64,000 nt of DNA. It comes from an uncultured Acidobacteriota bacterium. GTDB lineage: Bacteria; Acidobacteriota; Terriglobia; UBA7540. Made by a program: the position numbers and the translations under genes. The stretch lies in NCBI GenBank assembly GCA_963804995.1, contig CAWDSK010000006.1, forward strand, positions 1,408,001 to 1,472,000. The letters run 5' to 3'. Positions 11,173-21,371 of the stretch are shown piece after piece. Numbering within the stretch: position 1 is the stretch's first letter; the number at the start of each line of letters is the position of its first letter. The notes beneath the pieces were generated by a model. That model had not been told where the DNA came from, ran no database searches, and worked only from the letters and a program-made list of their open reading frames with translations.

Positions 11173-12096
11173 TTATTTGGAATCGTGCAAACCTTCCTCA
11201 ATCAGCTTATCAACATCTGCCAGTGTCGGCGATCCCACTACGATGCGTCCGTTGATGAAGCTGGTAGGGGTCTGGGAAACGCCCAGAGTCTGCCCTTCTC
11301 GCATGCTGGCCTCGACACGGGGGAGTGAGGCCTGCGAGTCAATGCAGGAGGCCAATTTCATATTATCCACTCCCACCTTCGCGGCCAAGTGGAGAAGCAG
11401 GTCGCGGATATGGTCAGCGTTCAGGGTGACCTGATTTTTAAAAATCACAGAACGGAAGGCGACGTACTTGGAGGGATCAATTTGATAGGTGCATTGGGCC
11501 GCGACGGCGGCGGTAAGCGACCAGTCGTGCACATTCACCAGAGGGAACTCCTTGAAAACCACCCGCAGCTTATCGCCGTATTTAGGGATGATCTGCGTTT
11601 CCAAGGTTCCATGGAACTCCGCGCAAGAGGGGCATTGCAGGTCAGAGTATTCCACCAGGGTGACCGGGGCAGTGGCCGGTCCCTGCGTAGCCTGGTCCGC
11701 GGTTGACATGAGGCGCACGATGTCTTTCCGTGGATCTCCATTCAGTGTGAAGATGTCCCCTTCCACCAAATAGCGTCCATCCCTCGATAGAAAAAAGGAC
11801 TGCGTGCGCTTGCCCTTGCCGTCGTCAAGCGTCAGTATGGTCTCGTAGAAATCCGGGTAGATGGACTCCCGGAATTCGCTGACCGTGAGCTTGACCGTGT
11901 CGGGAACGTTAAAGCGCTGGCGGATGTACTTGATGATCTTCTCACCCGTCGCCGCCTGGTTCAGGGCTTGCGCGGCGGAGGCGAGGTTCGGTGCGGAAAG
12001 TGCGAGACCACTGAACACAAGAAACAGGACCACAGGCCTGCGAAGTGTGGAAACAAGGCGGCTCAACAAGTCAGGCTCCTTTCGTTCGAGCAGCAA
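11173..12096 (-). CDS. DsbA/DsbC-like thioredoxin-fold protein
   Basis: EYSDLQCPSC active site; TPTSFING cis-Pro motif; N-terminal DsbC-like domain. Confidence 0.9.
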   Translation of the reverse strand: MLLERKEPDLLSRLVSTLRRPVVLFLVFSGLALSAPNLASAAQALNQAATGEKIIKYIRQRFNVPDTVKLTVSEFRESIYPDFYETILTLDDGKGKRTQSFFLSRDGRYLVEGDIFTLNGDPRKDIVRLMSTADQATQGPATAPVTLVEYSDLQCPSCAEFHGTLETQIIPKYGDKLRVVFKEFPLVNVHDWSLTAAVAAQCTYQIDPSKYVAFRSVIFKNQVTLNADHIRDLLLHLAAKVGVDNMKLASCIDSQASLPRVEASMREGQTLGVSQTPTSFINGRIVVGSPTLADVDKLIEEGLHDSK

Positions 12097-12168
12097 CGGG
12101 AAGTGGCACAGATTGAAAAGGTGATTCTAACATCCCTCAACAAAATCGTGCCAGAGACGCGTAGGGTC

Positions 12169-12278
12169 GGTCGTGGTGCAGTTGGATGTTGTAGCGGCGG
12201 CATTTGTCCCGATCCGATCGGGACGCCGCCATATAGCGAGGTAAACTCGCCGCTACAACATCAAACGGCACCACTACC
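12169..12278. mobile_element. MITE-like element carrying an internal REP-like pair
   Basis: TIRs GGTCGTGGTGCAGTT / AACGGCACCACTACC; near-perfect 8-bp flanking duplication GTAGGGTC/GTCGGGTC; related left end at ~24579. Confidence 0.6.
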
Positions 12279-12843
12279 GTCGGGTCCTTACTTTGTTCGC
12301 GGCAAGCGATCCGCCCGCGTGCTCATACGGGCCTTGTGCCGGCGCGAGATGTCCATGGTCATGGAAGGGCGTTTCGTTCCTAATCAGCCTTAGGTGGTGG
12401 GAAGGGCTGTTATCAACACCTATTCGGTTCTTGTCCGGGCTTCACCTACCCTCCATTTCACTCGATATGACTGTCGACGACCTCCTCGCGCTCCTGTCGA
12501 ACCCGAAAAAATGACACAGCCGCCCTCGGAACGTCTGTCCCGGCAAGGTGCCTGTCCGGAATCAGCCTGAATCGAGCGGGGCTTTGACGCTTTACGAGAG
12601 GCGAGATCTTACTGAATGACCCTGTTGGGGGGTGTTGTGATAGGGCCCGGAAGCGTGCGTTGGCCTACGCTATCTTGAGATAAGTGGCGCTGACCTTGCT
12701 GACACCGCCTTCTTTTGCCCAGAACGGTTCGATTTCTCGCGCCAGATCCAAGAGCAGGCAGATGAAAGAGCCGCGCCTTTTAATCGGGATTATAATCCAG
12801 GCTCCCCAGTTTGACCCGTTAACGTTCATTAAGGAGCCGCACC

Positions 12844-15086
12844 ATGGTCATGGGTTCATTCAAACAAATTTCGCCTCGCAAGGTTCTGTGTATGGCCGTC
12901 GCCGCCGCGCTCGGCGTTGTACTGGTGTACAGCGGAAATCTTTTCCAGGTTCGCGCGCAAACGGCTCCGCAGGCGGCCACGGTCGATCCGGGAGCCACCG
13001 TCCATGTTGACGTGACCCCGGAGCACATCCTGAACACAGTCTATCCCGACACCGCCACGGGGGCGTGGATGGATGACTTGACCAAGGCCCAGGTGGACAA
13101 TCTCAGCAAACCCGAGACGATCCAAGGGATCAAAAACCTGGGCTGGGGTTCCATCACCATGCGTAACAATAGCGAGTTGCGCCTGTCCGCATGGCACTGG
13201 AACGAAAACGGGACATGGAGCGATGCGGCCAGCAAGAGCGGATACTTTACAGGGAGCACCGAACTGGGGGAACCGATCCACTACGGCTATTCCTATTCGC
13301 TGCCCCATCGCGATTTCATGACCAGCGGCGATCCACCGTTAGTGGCGGGTTTTCAAAGCTACTGGAAGAGCAATCCTTACCTGACCAGCCGTTTCACGGG
13401 CGAAAGCGACGCCCTGCACCCGCAATGGGTCGTGATCGATATGGGTATGGCGCGGCCCCTCAATGCGATTCACATCCAATGGGTGAATCCCTACGCCGTC
13501 GTTTATGTCGTGCAATATTGGATCGGCGATAACTACGCTCTGGACTGGGACATGGGCCCGAATGGCGTGTGGAAGGCTTTCCCGTCAGGCACGGTGACCA
13601 AGGGCACGGGTGGGGATGTGCGTCTTAAGCTTTCGGAGAAGCCGATTACCGCCCGATTCGTCCGCGTTTTGATGTCAAAATCCTCCGGCACGTGCGACAC
13701 GCATGGTGCGCAGGACATTCGGAACTGCGTGGGTTACGCGCTCCAGACACTGTCAGTTGGGAGGATGGATGCGGGAGGAACCTACTCGATCGTCTATCCA
13801 GCGAATGGTGTGGAACCGGGGCCTTCCAGGGGAGGCCAGGGCCGGGAAGTTGGCGGCGGGGGAGCGGGCGGGGCCTTTCCCGGATCGGCGGCAGATACCG
13901 CGGGTCCTTCTGCGCTTCTTCGATCGACCCCTGGCACCAAGCCGGTAATCTGATCACCGGCGGCCGCGACCAATACAACGGCATGGACAATTTCTTTACC
14001 AGTGGATTGACCATGGGGCACCCGGCGCTGGTGGCCTGCGCGGCGATTTATGACACGCCCGAGGATTGCGCCAACGAGGTTGCGTATATCCACAAGCGCG
14101 GTTATCCAGTGGTGGGAATTGAGATCGGGGAGGAGTGCGACGGCAAGCACACCATGCCGGAAGACTACGGCGCGCTCTACTGTCAGTGGGCAGAGGCCAT
14201 TCACAAGCTGACTCCCGACGCTAAGCTGGGCGGTCCGGTTTTCGAAGGCGTCGATAAAGACATCACCCTCTGGACGGACGACCAGGGACGCACTTCCTGG
14301 TTAGGCCGATTCATCGACTACCTTAAGGCCCACGGACACCTTCAGGACCTCTCGTTCATGTCTTTCGAACACTACCCGTTCATGGTTAACGGCTTCAGTC
14401 CACCGAACGACTGGGACACGCTTTACCTGGAACCGGGAATCATGAAGCACGTCTTGCACATGTGGCGTGAGGACGGTGTTCCCAAGGACGTGCCGCTGGT
14501 TATTTCCGAGAGCGGAATCGCGGCGGGCCGAAGCGGGCGGGGCTACCTGGGCGTGACGGGCCGCGCTATCTGGGAATGCGACGCGTTCGGCACGTTCTTT
14601 GAACAGGGAGGCACGGCGTTCTACCGGCCGGCGATCAATGATGGCGCCAGCGATCGCTGGAATTATGGCGGCAGGCCTGACGGCGGCGGGGCCTACGGCA
14701 CGCCGGAATACACTCCCTTCACTTCTGCGCACCTTATCAACTTCGAGTGGCTGCAGCACGGCTCGGGAGCGAATCAGATTTCCCCCGCCTCGACCGACTT
14801 TAGGGACGCCCTCGGGCGCACGGTGATTACCTCTTACGCGGTGCACCGCCCGGATGGAAACTGGTCGTTAATGCTGATCAATCACGACTTGTATGCCGCT
14901 CACCGGATTCACATTGTCATAGACGATGCGAATCACGTGCAGCATTCTTTCGCAGGGCCTGTCGCCCTCGTGCAATACTGCAATACTCCCAGTGAGAACA
15001 AGAACACGACCCTAACCCCAAGCCCCGACGGCATGTATACCCTGCCGATCGGGTCGATCACCGTGATACGTGGAAAGGTGAAGTGA
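12844..15086 (+). pseudogene. Secreted glycoside hydrolase-like protein with inserted discoidin (F5/8 type C) domain, frameshifted near 13850-13900
   Basis: ORF 12844..13953 (WHWNENGTWS, QWVVIDMG, ARFVRVLM) continues in ORF 13692..15086 (SSIDPWH, IEIGEECDG, SFEHYPF). Confidence 0.8.
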
Positions 15087-15345
15087 ATTCCAGACAGGCG
15101 TTGGCTCGCGGTCGATTTCCTACAAATGCTTGGGTCCGAAGTGCCAAAGGGAATTGGTCCAGCCAGAAAACGACTATGTCTAGGAGCCCTGAGCGGCAAG
15201 ATTTGTTTTTGTAGACGTTGAAATCCGCCTTCCGCATAACCGAAGCGGTCTAGTGCCTGAAAGGCGCCCGCTGCGGCCTCCATCGGGGGGCTACTGCGCC
15301 CAACTATTGGGAAATCCCCTTCCCACCAATGATTTCGGGGGAACT

Positions 15346-15487
15346 GGTAGCGCACAGGTACGCGTAGTTTGCGTTCCTCCGCGGTTCTTCCCAAATACGT
15401 GCGGTGTTCAGGTTTTTATTAACGCCAACGGGAGATGAAACGCCGCACAAGAACGCAAAGTATGCGTACCCGTGCGCTACCCGCTGT
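15346..15487. repeat. GTAG-type REPIN-like inverted pair
   Basis: GGTAGCGCACAGGTACGC ... GCGTACCCGTGCGCTACC; collapsed relative at 17938..17988. Confidence 0.8.
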
Positions 15488-15682
15488 TGGAGGCAGAATT
15501 CCCCTAGCCACGAGGTCAAAAAGGAAATTCGGGTTTGCGGGCTAATTGTCGATGCGTCACCATACAATTATATTTAGGTAACGCAACATCCATGTAAGTG
15601 CTAAAATGGCTGCAAGTCCAGGAAGTTGGTGTAGGGTTCGCAGCACACCAATTCCCGCCGCGTAGAATCCTCCGTTCCGGGG

Positions 15683-17905
15683 GTGAGTATGGTCATGCCT
15701 CGTACGTTTTCTTCCAGACAAGCTTCAGTCTTGGGGGTGGCCGCCACTGCCCTCCTCAGCGTTTCTCTGGCTTTGCCCGAATGTGCACGCGCACAGGAGA
15801 GCGTGGCCCAGCCGGGGATTCAGGAGCAGGTCAACATCAAGGTCCAGGCGCCGTCAGTGGTTGTGGACGTGATCGTGACCGACAAGAAAGGCCGGCACGT
15901 CAGTGGTCTGACCGCGCAGGACTTCAGGGTTTCCGAAGGCGGCGCACCACAAAAGATCGTGGCTTTCGCGCCACCTACAGAGCAAGGCACAGGACTACGC
16001 GCGGAAGCGGCGGCTGAAACTCCAACCGCACGGCAGGGCGTGGATCTCACCAAAGTGCGATTCATCACCTTGGTGATGGACCTCGGGGACCTTCAACCTG
16101 AAAATGTGAAAAGGTCCGCGGACGCGGCCGTCCAGTATCTCGAAAAGTACGTAGCGCCCGAAGATTACGTGGCCGTCCTCTGGATCGACGAAAGCCTGCA
16201 TATCGCTGTCCCCTTCAGTCGCGACCGGCAGCAACTCGTGGAGGGACTGCGAAGGCTCGGCAACCATGTACCGATGGGGAATCTCACGGTCCAGGCGCGG
16301 TTGGAAACGCAGAGGGAAATCGACGAAATCTCGAAGTCGGTTTATGGCATGGGGGGATTCCTGCCCTATGACCCCAGCAGGCTCGCGGAACCGGGTTCCA
16401 ATACGGTGAACGTGCGCCTTTTGGACACGCTCAGGACCTTTCTCTGGACGCAGTCAAATCTCCAGGCCCGTGCGGTTTTTGTGGCTTTGCGAGCCATCGC
16501 CCAGTCTTATACCAACATTCCCGGGCGCAAAAACGTGGTGGTGTTTTCAGAAGGATTCGTACAAGCGCCGGAGGGAAAGCCTCTGATGGATGCGGTGATT
16601 GACGCCGCCAACCGCGCTAACGTGGCGTTTTATGTCATCGACGCGGCAGGATTGCAGGCAGGCTTCAGCGCAGCGACCAGCGTTGCCGACCAGACTGAAA
16701 ACGCCCGGATAGCCCAGTTATCCGAGGAAGGCCCGATGAGGAATTACGGGGGCTACAACAAATTCGATTGGATCCAGAGCATGGGATTTTACAGCCAGTA
16801 CGACTACCTTACCCAGGTCGCGTCTGCCACCGGCGGGTTCTTGTTGAAGAACCAGAACGACCTCTTGCGGGAACTGGGCACGGTCGATCGCGATTTGCGC
16901 GAGTTCTACACCCTCGTCTATCAACCCACCAACAAAACCTACGACGGCGCTTTCCGCCCGATCAAAGTCGAGCCCCTCCAGTCCGGCTTGCGCTTGCGCT
17001 ACCGGAGTGGGTATTGGGCAATCCCCGCTGGCCAGGAGTTTGTTCTGACGCCGGCCGCCGCCCAGTTGCTGGCCGGGGTTGAAAGCGGCGCCCTGAAACC
17101 CTCCCTCACTCCCAAGGTAAACTCAGCTTTGTTACTTGCCTCGAACGGGCAACTGGCTGCACCCGTGTGCGTGAGCATACCGACCAAGGTTCTCAGGTTC
17201 GATAAAGACCCGCACAAGGAAATTTATCGTGCCGGGGTAACCATGGTACTCGTGGGGCGCGACAACTCACACGGGCTCGTCAGCGCCTACCAGCGCTTTC
17301 TCACCTTCCAGTTCGGCAAGAAAGAGTGGAAGGAATTCATAAAGCACGACTCAGTTGAAATCACCGGCCGCCTGGCGGTCAACAGGCTGGAACCGCTCAC
17401 GGTTGAGGCCATTCTCCAGTTCGCCGATGGGAGCGTGGGGCGGGGCGAAAAGCAGCTCTCGATCCCGCCCAGCGACGCAAAGGGACTGCAACTGACAGGC
17501 ATCCTGCTCTCAAATCACATCGAGCCCGCGGCCGGCGCGGTCGACCCCTCCGACCCCCTGGCCGGGGAGGGCTTCCGGCTCGTGCTCCCCTCCCAGCCAT
17601 CCTTCTCGCCCTCCGACAAAATGATTGCGTACTTCATGGCGCTGAACCTGTGGCCCGATCCCGCCGCTCACCGAGCACAGATCACGCTGTCCTATGCTCT
17701 CAAGCAAGGCGAGAAAGTCCTCCGGTCGTTCCCAGCAGAATCGGTAGAGGGGGCGACAGGCGAGAGTGCCATGGTCGCATCGAAGCGGTTCGACTTGAAC
17801 CAGCTCAAACCCGGAACCTATACCATGGAAGTGACCGTGGAGGACCAAATCGCGCACGTTGTGGCGGTGCGAGATACAGGGTTCACCATTGAGGGCGGCG
17901 CCTAA
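15683..17905 (+). CDS. Acidobacterial VWA-domain protein
   Basis: VVVDVIVTDKKGRHVSGLTAQDF, GRKNVVVFSEG, ANVAFYVIDA, ATGG, YTLVYQP. Confidence 0.92.
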   Translation: MSMVMPRTFSSRQASVLGVAATALLSVSLALPECARAQESVAQPGIQEQVNIKVQAPSVVVDVIVTDKKGRHVSGLTAQDFRVSEGGAPQKIVAFAPPTEQGTGLRAEAAAETPTARQGVDLTKVRFITLVMDLGDLQPENVKRSADAAVQYLEKYVAPEDYVAVLWIDESLHIAVPFSRDRQQLVEGLRRLGNHVPMGNLTVQARLETQREIDEISKSVYGMGGFLPYDPSRLAEPGSNTVNVRLLDTLRTFLWTQSNLQARAVFVALRAIAQSYTNIPGRKNVVVFSEGFVQAPEGKPLMDAVIDAANRANVAFYVIDAAGLQAGFSAATSVADQTENARIAQLSEEGPMRNYGGYNKFDWIQSMGFYSQYDYLTQVASATGGFLLKNQNDLLRELGTVDRDLREFYTLVYQPTNKTYDGAFRPIKVEPLQSGLRLRYRSGYWAIPAGQEFVLTPAAAQLLAGVESGALKPSLTPKVNSALLLASNGQLAAPVCVSIPTKVLRFDKDPHKEIYRAGVTMVLVGRDNSHGLVSAYQRFLTFQFGKKEWKEFIKHDSVEITGRLAVNRLEPLTVEAILQFADGSVGRGEKQLSIPPSDAKGLQLTGILLSNHIEPAAGAVDPSDPLAGEGFRLVLPSQPSFSPSDKMIAYFMALNLWPDPAAHRAQITLSYALKQGEKVLRSFPAESVEGATGESAMVASKRFDLNQLKPGTYTMEVTVEDQIAHVVAVRDTGFTIEGGA

Positions 17906-18032
17906 AGTCGCGCTGGGGATCTGCAAACCAGTCAGGCAGCGGGTAGCACACAGGTACACGTTCTTTGCGTTCCTGTGCGCTACCCGCTCGGATCGAAACA
18001 CCTGATGAGAATATTGCATCCGCTGGAGGCAA

Positions 18033-18554
18033 TTATCCGGCGAAGAGTCTTTCCACCGTCTTCATGGGGATATACATCCGGTTCTGTGCGTCAGGGAAGG
18101 ACAGAAACCCATACTTGGAGTAGAACCGCCGGGCGTTGTCGTCTTTGACATCAACCATGACCGCCAGCGACGCGACGGTCCCAATGTTGTCAAACGCCCG
18201 CCGTAGCGCATCCAGCAGCAGCAAGTCTCCCATGCGTTGTCCGCGGAACCTGGTGTCGCGGGCGAGGCGCCCGATCAGCGTCGCGGGCAATTGAGGATAG
18301 CGCGGCCACTTCAGCTTCTTGAGGTCTTCCTCGGGGAGGTTGTCCGCCAGGATAACGGTTGAGGAGAGCGTGTAATAGCCCGCGATACGATTTTCCGGGG
18401 TCAACAAGACAAAGGGCGCGGCGGCATGTTTGCGTGCGTCCTGGCCTGCCTGCTCGCGCAGGTAGCGATCCAGCGGTTCGACGCCACACGTAAAATCCGC
18501 CCGGTCGTGGTCGCCCAGCGGCTCGATCCGAAAGACGGGTTGGGAAGGACTCAC
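18033..18554 (-). CDS. GNAT acetyltransferase toxin (TacT/AtaT-like)
   Basis: FTCGVEPLDRYL, IAGYYTL, LIGRLARD..RGQRMG, ARRFYSKYGF; overlaps the antitoxin stop codon. Confidence 0.92.
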   Translation of the reverse strand: MSPSQPVFRIEPLGDHDRADFTCGVEPLDRYLREQAGQDARKHAAAPFVLLTPENRIAGYYTLSSTVILADNLPEEDLKKLKWPRYPQLPATLIGRLARDTRFRGQRMGDLLLLDALRRAFDNIGTVASLAVMVDVKDDNARRFYSKYGFLSFPDAQNRMYIPMKTVERLFAG

Positions 18555-18838
18555 GGTTTTCCTATCACCTGCTGATAGTACCGGGCGGCGTCTCGCAGGC
18601 GCCGGTTGGGCAGAGGAGGATTCAACAGCGAAGCAACGAAGGCTTTGCGGTCACGCCGACTCAAATCGATCAGTTCCCGTTCGCGAATCACCCGCCGGGC
18701 AGATTCGACGGCACTGGCCACGATAAAATCCGTCAGACTTCGCCCTTCGAGGTTTGCGGCTTCCTGGCACAAGGCTTTCGTTTCAGCATTGACCCGTGCC
18801 TCGATCCGCTCCACCTTGCGCATGGCGGTTGTTGCCAT
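18551..18838 (-). CDS. DUF1778 ribbon-helix-helix antitoxin (TacA/AtaR-like)
   Basis: ERIEARV, AANLEGRSLTDFIV, FVASLLNPPLPN. Confidence 0.92.
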   Translation of the reverse strand: MATTAMRKVERIEARVNAETKALCQEAANLEGRSLTDFIVASAVESARRVIRERELIDLSRRDRKAFVASLLNPPLPNRRLRDAARYYQQVIGKP

Positions 18839-18986
18839 AATTAGTATCTCCCCGTTCAAAAACTACTTTCCTGTTGTACGGCAATTGGCCGCACATTGCA
18901 AGGAGATTTTCGGCATTGTTTACAAAGACTTGAGGGACTGGCGTTTCCGGGAGCGGCTAGCGCCCTCCCCGATTTCGTCTTAGCAA

Positions 18987-19186
18987 GCGGGGTAGCGCAA
19001 AGTCTCGTGCTCTTCGAGACTCTGCGGCTTTTCGTTTGCGGGGTGCAACTCCGGATCACCGCGCATGACACCCCGGAAAACGGGATTAGCATGTTACGTG
19101 TCAAGGTCATATGTTAATAAGACAGTTTATGTTTATCAGATTAAGAACCGCAAAGTGTGAAAGGCATACACTCTGCGCTACCTACT
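18987..19186. repeat. GTAG-type REPIN-like element with AT-rich spacer
   Basis: GTAGCGCAAAGTCTC..GAGACTCTGCGGC ... ACTCTGCGCTAC; spacer related to 60329..60688. Confidence 0.8.
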
Positions 19187-19342
19187 AATTTTAGTGAGTC
19201 ACTCAGGTGGATATAAGGAAGATATAAAGAAAAGGTAAATTTTGTCAACGCCTGTCGATTTTTCTTGACAGGCTCGAAGGCCCTGGCTTAGTTTGCCATG
19301 GGACGCTGGATCCGCAGGCTTTGATACGATTCGGCGTCTGGA

Positions 19343-19512
19343 TCCTCGGTAGGCGAGGCGTCCGCGCGACACACAAGCCACTGCCCAGTCAGTGTCCAAA
19401 GATGCTGATGGAATCGGTAGAACAGGCACTCCCGGATTAAGGGTTTGTCTAATGTGGCTGAGGTTCGAAAGCCTCTCACGGCGTGCGGTGCTGAAGCTTG
19501 GGCGAGTGAGGA
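19343..19512 (+). ncRNA. M-box (ykoK) Mg2+ riboswitch aptamer
   Basis: Ordered M-box landmarks GGTAGGCGAGGC, CACTGCCCA, TGTCCAAAGATGC, AACAG, TAAGG, TAATGTGGCTG, GTGCTGAAGCT; P1 TCCTC/GAGGA; lies upstream of Mg transporter genes. Confidence 0.88.
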
Positions 19513-19567
19513 CAACCAGCTCGACAAAGGCTGCACGTCCGGGCCTTGCGGTCAGCCCTCGGCATTA

Positions 19568-19605
19568 GCCCCTTCTCCGTCTCCTGGGGAGGGGTAATTT
19601 TGTTT
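19568..19605 (+). terminator. Putative intrinsic terminator (riboswitch expression platform)
   Basis: GCCCCTTCTCC..GGGGAGGGGT stem followed by AATTTTGTTT. Confidence 0.55.
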
Positions 19606-19713
19606 CCCTCCCTGGTTTCACGTCTCACCTGCAGAAAGGAATATGAGAAACACCGGCAACAAGCCTTGGGGTCAAGGCGCGCCTGGCGTTGCTTGTTAGA
19701 AACGGCAGTGACT

Positions 19714-19811
19714 GGGTAGCGGACCTGCGTTTCTTGCAGGTCTGCGGCTTTCAAAAGTTCACGGCGGGAAAAGCCGCAGACTTCGAAAAGCACAAAGTCT
19801 GCGCTACCCGC
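19714..19811. repeat. GTAG-type REPIN-like element in the transporter 5' leader
   Basis: GGGTAGCGGACCTGC..GCAGGTCTGCGGC ... GCCGCAGACTT..AAGTCTGCGCTACCC. Confidence 0.8.
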
Positions 19812-19888
19812 CGTTCCTGCCGGATCACACCTTTTCTCCCACTGCCATCGCGCCTCAAATCCGAACCGAGAGCCAGCGGGATGCGTCC

Positions 19889-21160
19889 ATGAACGTTTTT
19901 TCCAAGCTCTATTACCGGTACAAGAAGATCCTGAAGGTCATCAGGCTATTCCTCATCATCGCCGGCCCCGGCATCATCGTCATGGTTGCCGACAACGATG
20001 CCGGAGGCATCACGACGTATACCGCCACGGGGGCGAAGTTCGGTTTCAGCCTCATCTGGTTCCTGATCCTGCTGGGGCCGGTCGCTTACTACGTGCAGGA
20101 GATGACCGTACGACTTGGGGCGGTGACCAAACGGGGTCATGCGGAGGCTATTTTTCACGCCTTCGGATCTTTTTGGGGATGGTTTTCCCTTTTGGACCTG
20201 GTGCTGTTGAATTGGCTCACCATGATCACGGAGTTTATCGGCATGACGGCGGCGCTCGGTATTTTCGGTGTGCCGCGAATCGTCACGGTGATCCTAGCTT
20301 CGGTCATGATGGGGACCATGGTCATCCAGGGGCGCTACTGGACATGGGAGAAGGCGGCCATGGTCTTTTGTGTACTCAATCTCATTTACATCCCCGCCGC
20401 GTTCATGATCCATCCTCCGGTCAGCCAAGTTCTTCAGGGATGCTTGATTCCACAGCTTCCACCCGGAGGCTTTACGAACGAGCTGTTCTTCTTCCTCATG
20501 GCGAATATCGGTACCACGATTGCGCCGTGGATGATTTTCTTCCAACAGAGTGCCGTGGTGGACAAGAGCCTGCAGGAGAAAGACATTACCGGCGGCAAGG
20601 TGGACACGGCGATCGGCGCCTTTTTCACCGTGCTGGTAGCCGCCTTTTGCGTGATCCTCACCGGCACGCTTCTCCCCGGTCAGAACATTTACGATGCCGC
20701 CTCGGCAGCCGCCAAATTTATGGGCATCAGCAAGCAACTCGGCACCTTCCTGGCCATCGGGTTATTCGACGCGGGATTTCTGGGAGCCATCTGCATCTCG
20801 CTCGCCAGCTCGTGGGCTTTCGGTGAGGTGTTCGGTTGGGCCCACTCTCTGAACAACAAAGTGAAAGAGGCGCCCTGGTTCTACGCGTATTACTTTTTCG
20901 GCATCTTTTTGGCGGGGGCGGTGGTTCTGATTCCGCACGCACCTCTGGTGCTGATCACCCTTTTTGTGCAGGTGATCGCGGTGACCTTACTGCCTGCGGC
21001 CTTGGTCTTTCTGATCCTGCTCCTTAACAACGAGGAAACCATGGGCCGGTACAAGAATTCAATGTTCCAAAATATCGCCAACATCACGATCGTGACGATG
21101 ATCATCCTCGTTTCCACCTTGTACGGAATCAGCGCGCTGTTTCCAAACATTCTGAAGTGA
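19889..21160 (+). CDS. Nramp-related divalent cation transporter (probably Mg2+)
   Basis: GPGIIVMVADNDAGGITTY, QEMTVRLG, GTTIAPWMIFFQQS; ~11 TM segments; M-box upstream. Confidence 0.9.
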   Translation: MNVFSKLYYRYKKILKVIRLFLIIAGPGIIVMVADNDAGGITTYTATGAKFGFSLIWFLILLGPVAYYVQEMTVRLGAVTKRGHAEAIFHAFGSFWGWFSLLDLVLLNWLTMITEFIGMTAALGIFGVPRIVTVILASVMMGTMVIQGRYWTWEKAAMVFCVLNLIYIPAAFMIHPPVSQVLQGCLIPQLPPGGFTNELFFFLMANIGTTIAPWMIFFQQSAVVDKSLQEKDITGGKVDTAIGAFFTVLVAAFCVILTGTLLPGQNIYDAASAAAKFMGISKQLGTFLAIGLFDAGFLGAICISLASSWAFGEVFGWAHSLNNKVKEAPWFYAYYFFGIFLAGAVVLIPHAPLVLITLFVQVIAVTLLPAALVFLILLLNNEETMGRYKNSMFQNIANITIVTMIILVSTLYGISALFPNILK

Positions 21161-21181
21161 ACGATTGGGTCGAGGCTCAAC

Positions 21182-21358
21182 ATGATTCTTGAATTCTTTA
21201 AGAACACGATCGGCACCGTGAGGTCCATCAACCAGAAGTACGCTAAACCCCAGATCAAAATGACCCGAATGGTGAAGTTCTCTCTCTTGTTGCTCCGGCT
21301 TTATTTGATATTTCTGGTCGGGATATTGGTCTACAAGTTCATTACGATGCTCCGTTAA
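21182..21358 (+). CDS. 58-aa small membrane protein (not in ORF track)
   Basis: MILEFFKNTIGTVRSINQKYAKPQIKMTRMVKFSLLLLRLYLIFLVGILVYKFITMLR; GAGG RBS; fills the operon gap exactly. Confidence 0.75.
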   Translation: MILEFFKNTIGTVRSINQKYAKPQIKMTRMVKFSLLLLRLYLIFLVGILVYKFITMLR

Positions 21359-21371
21359 GCAGAGGTAACTC

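Noticed and set aside
13830..13910. Programmed ribosomal frameshift in the glycoside hydrolase
   Set aside because: No canonical slippery heptamer or stimulator seen; an indel in a G-run is simpler
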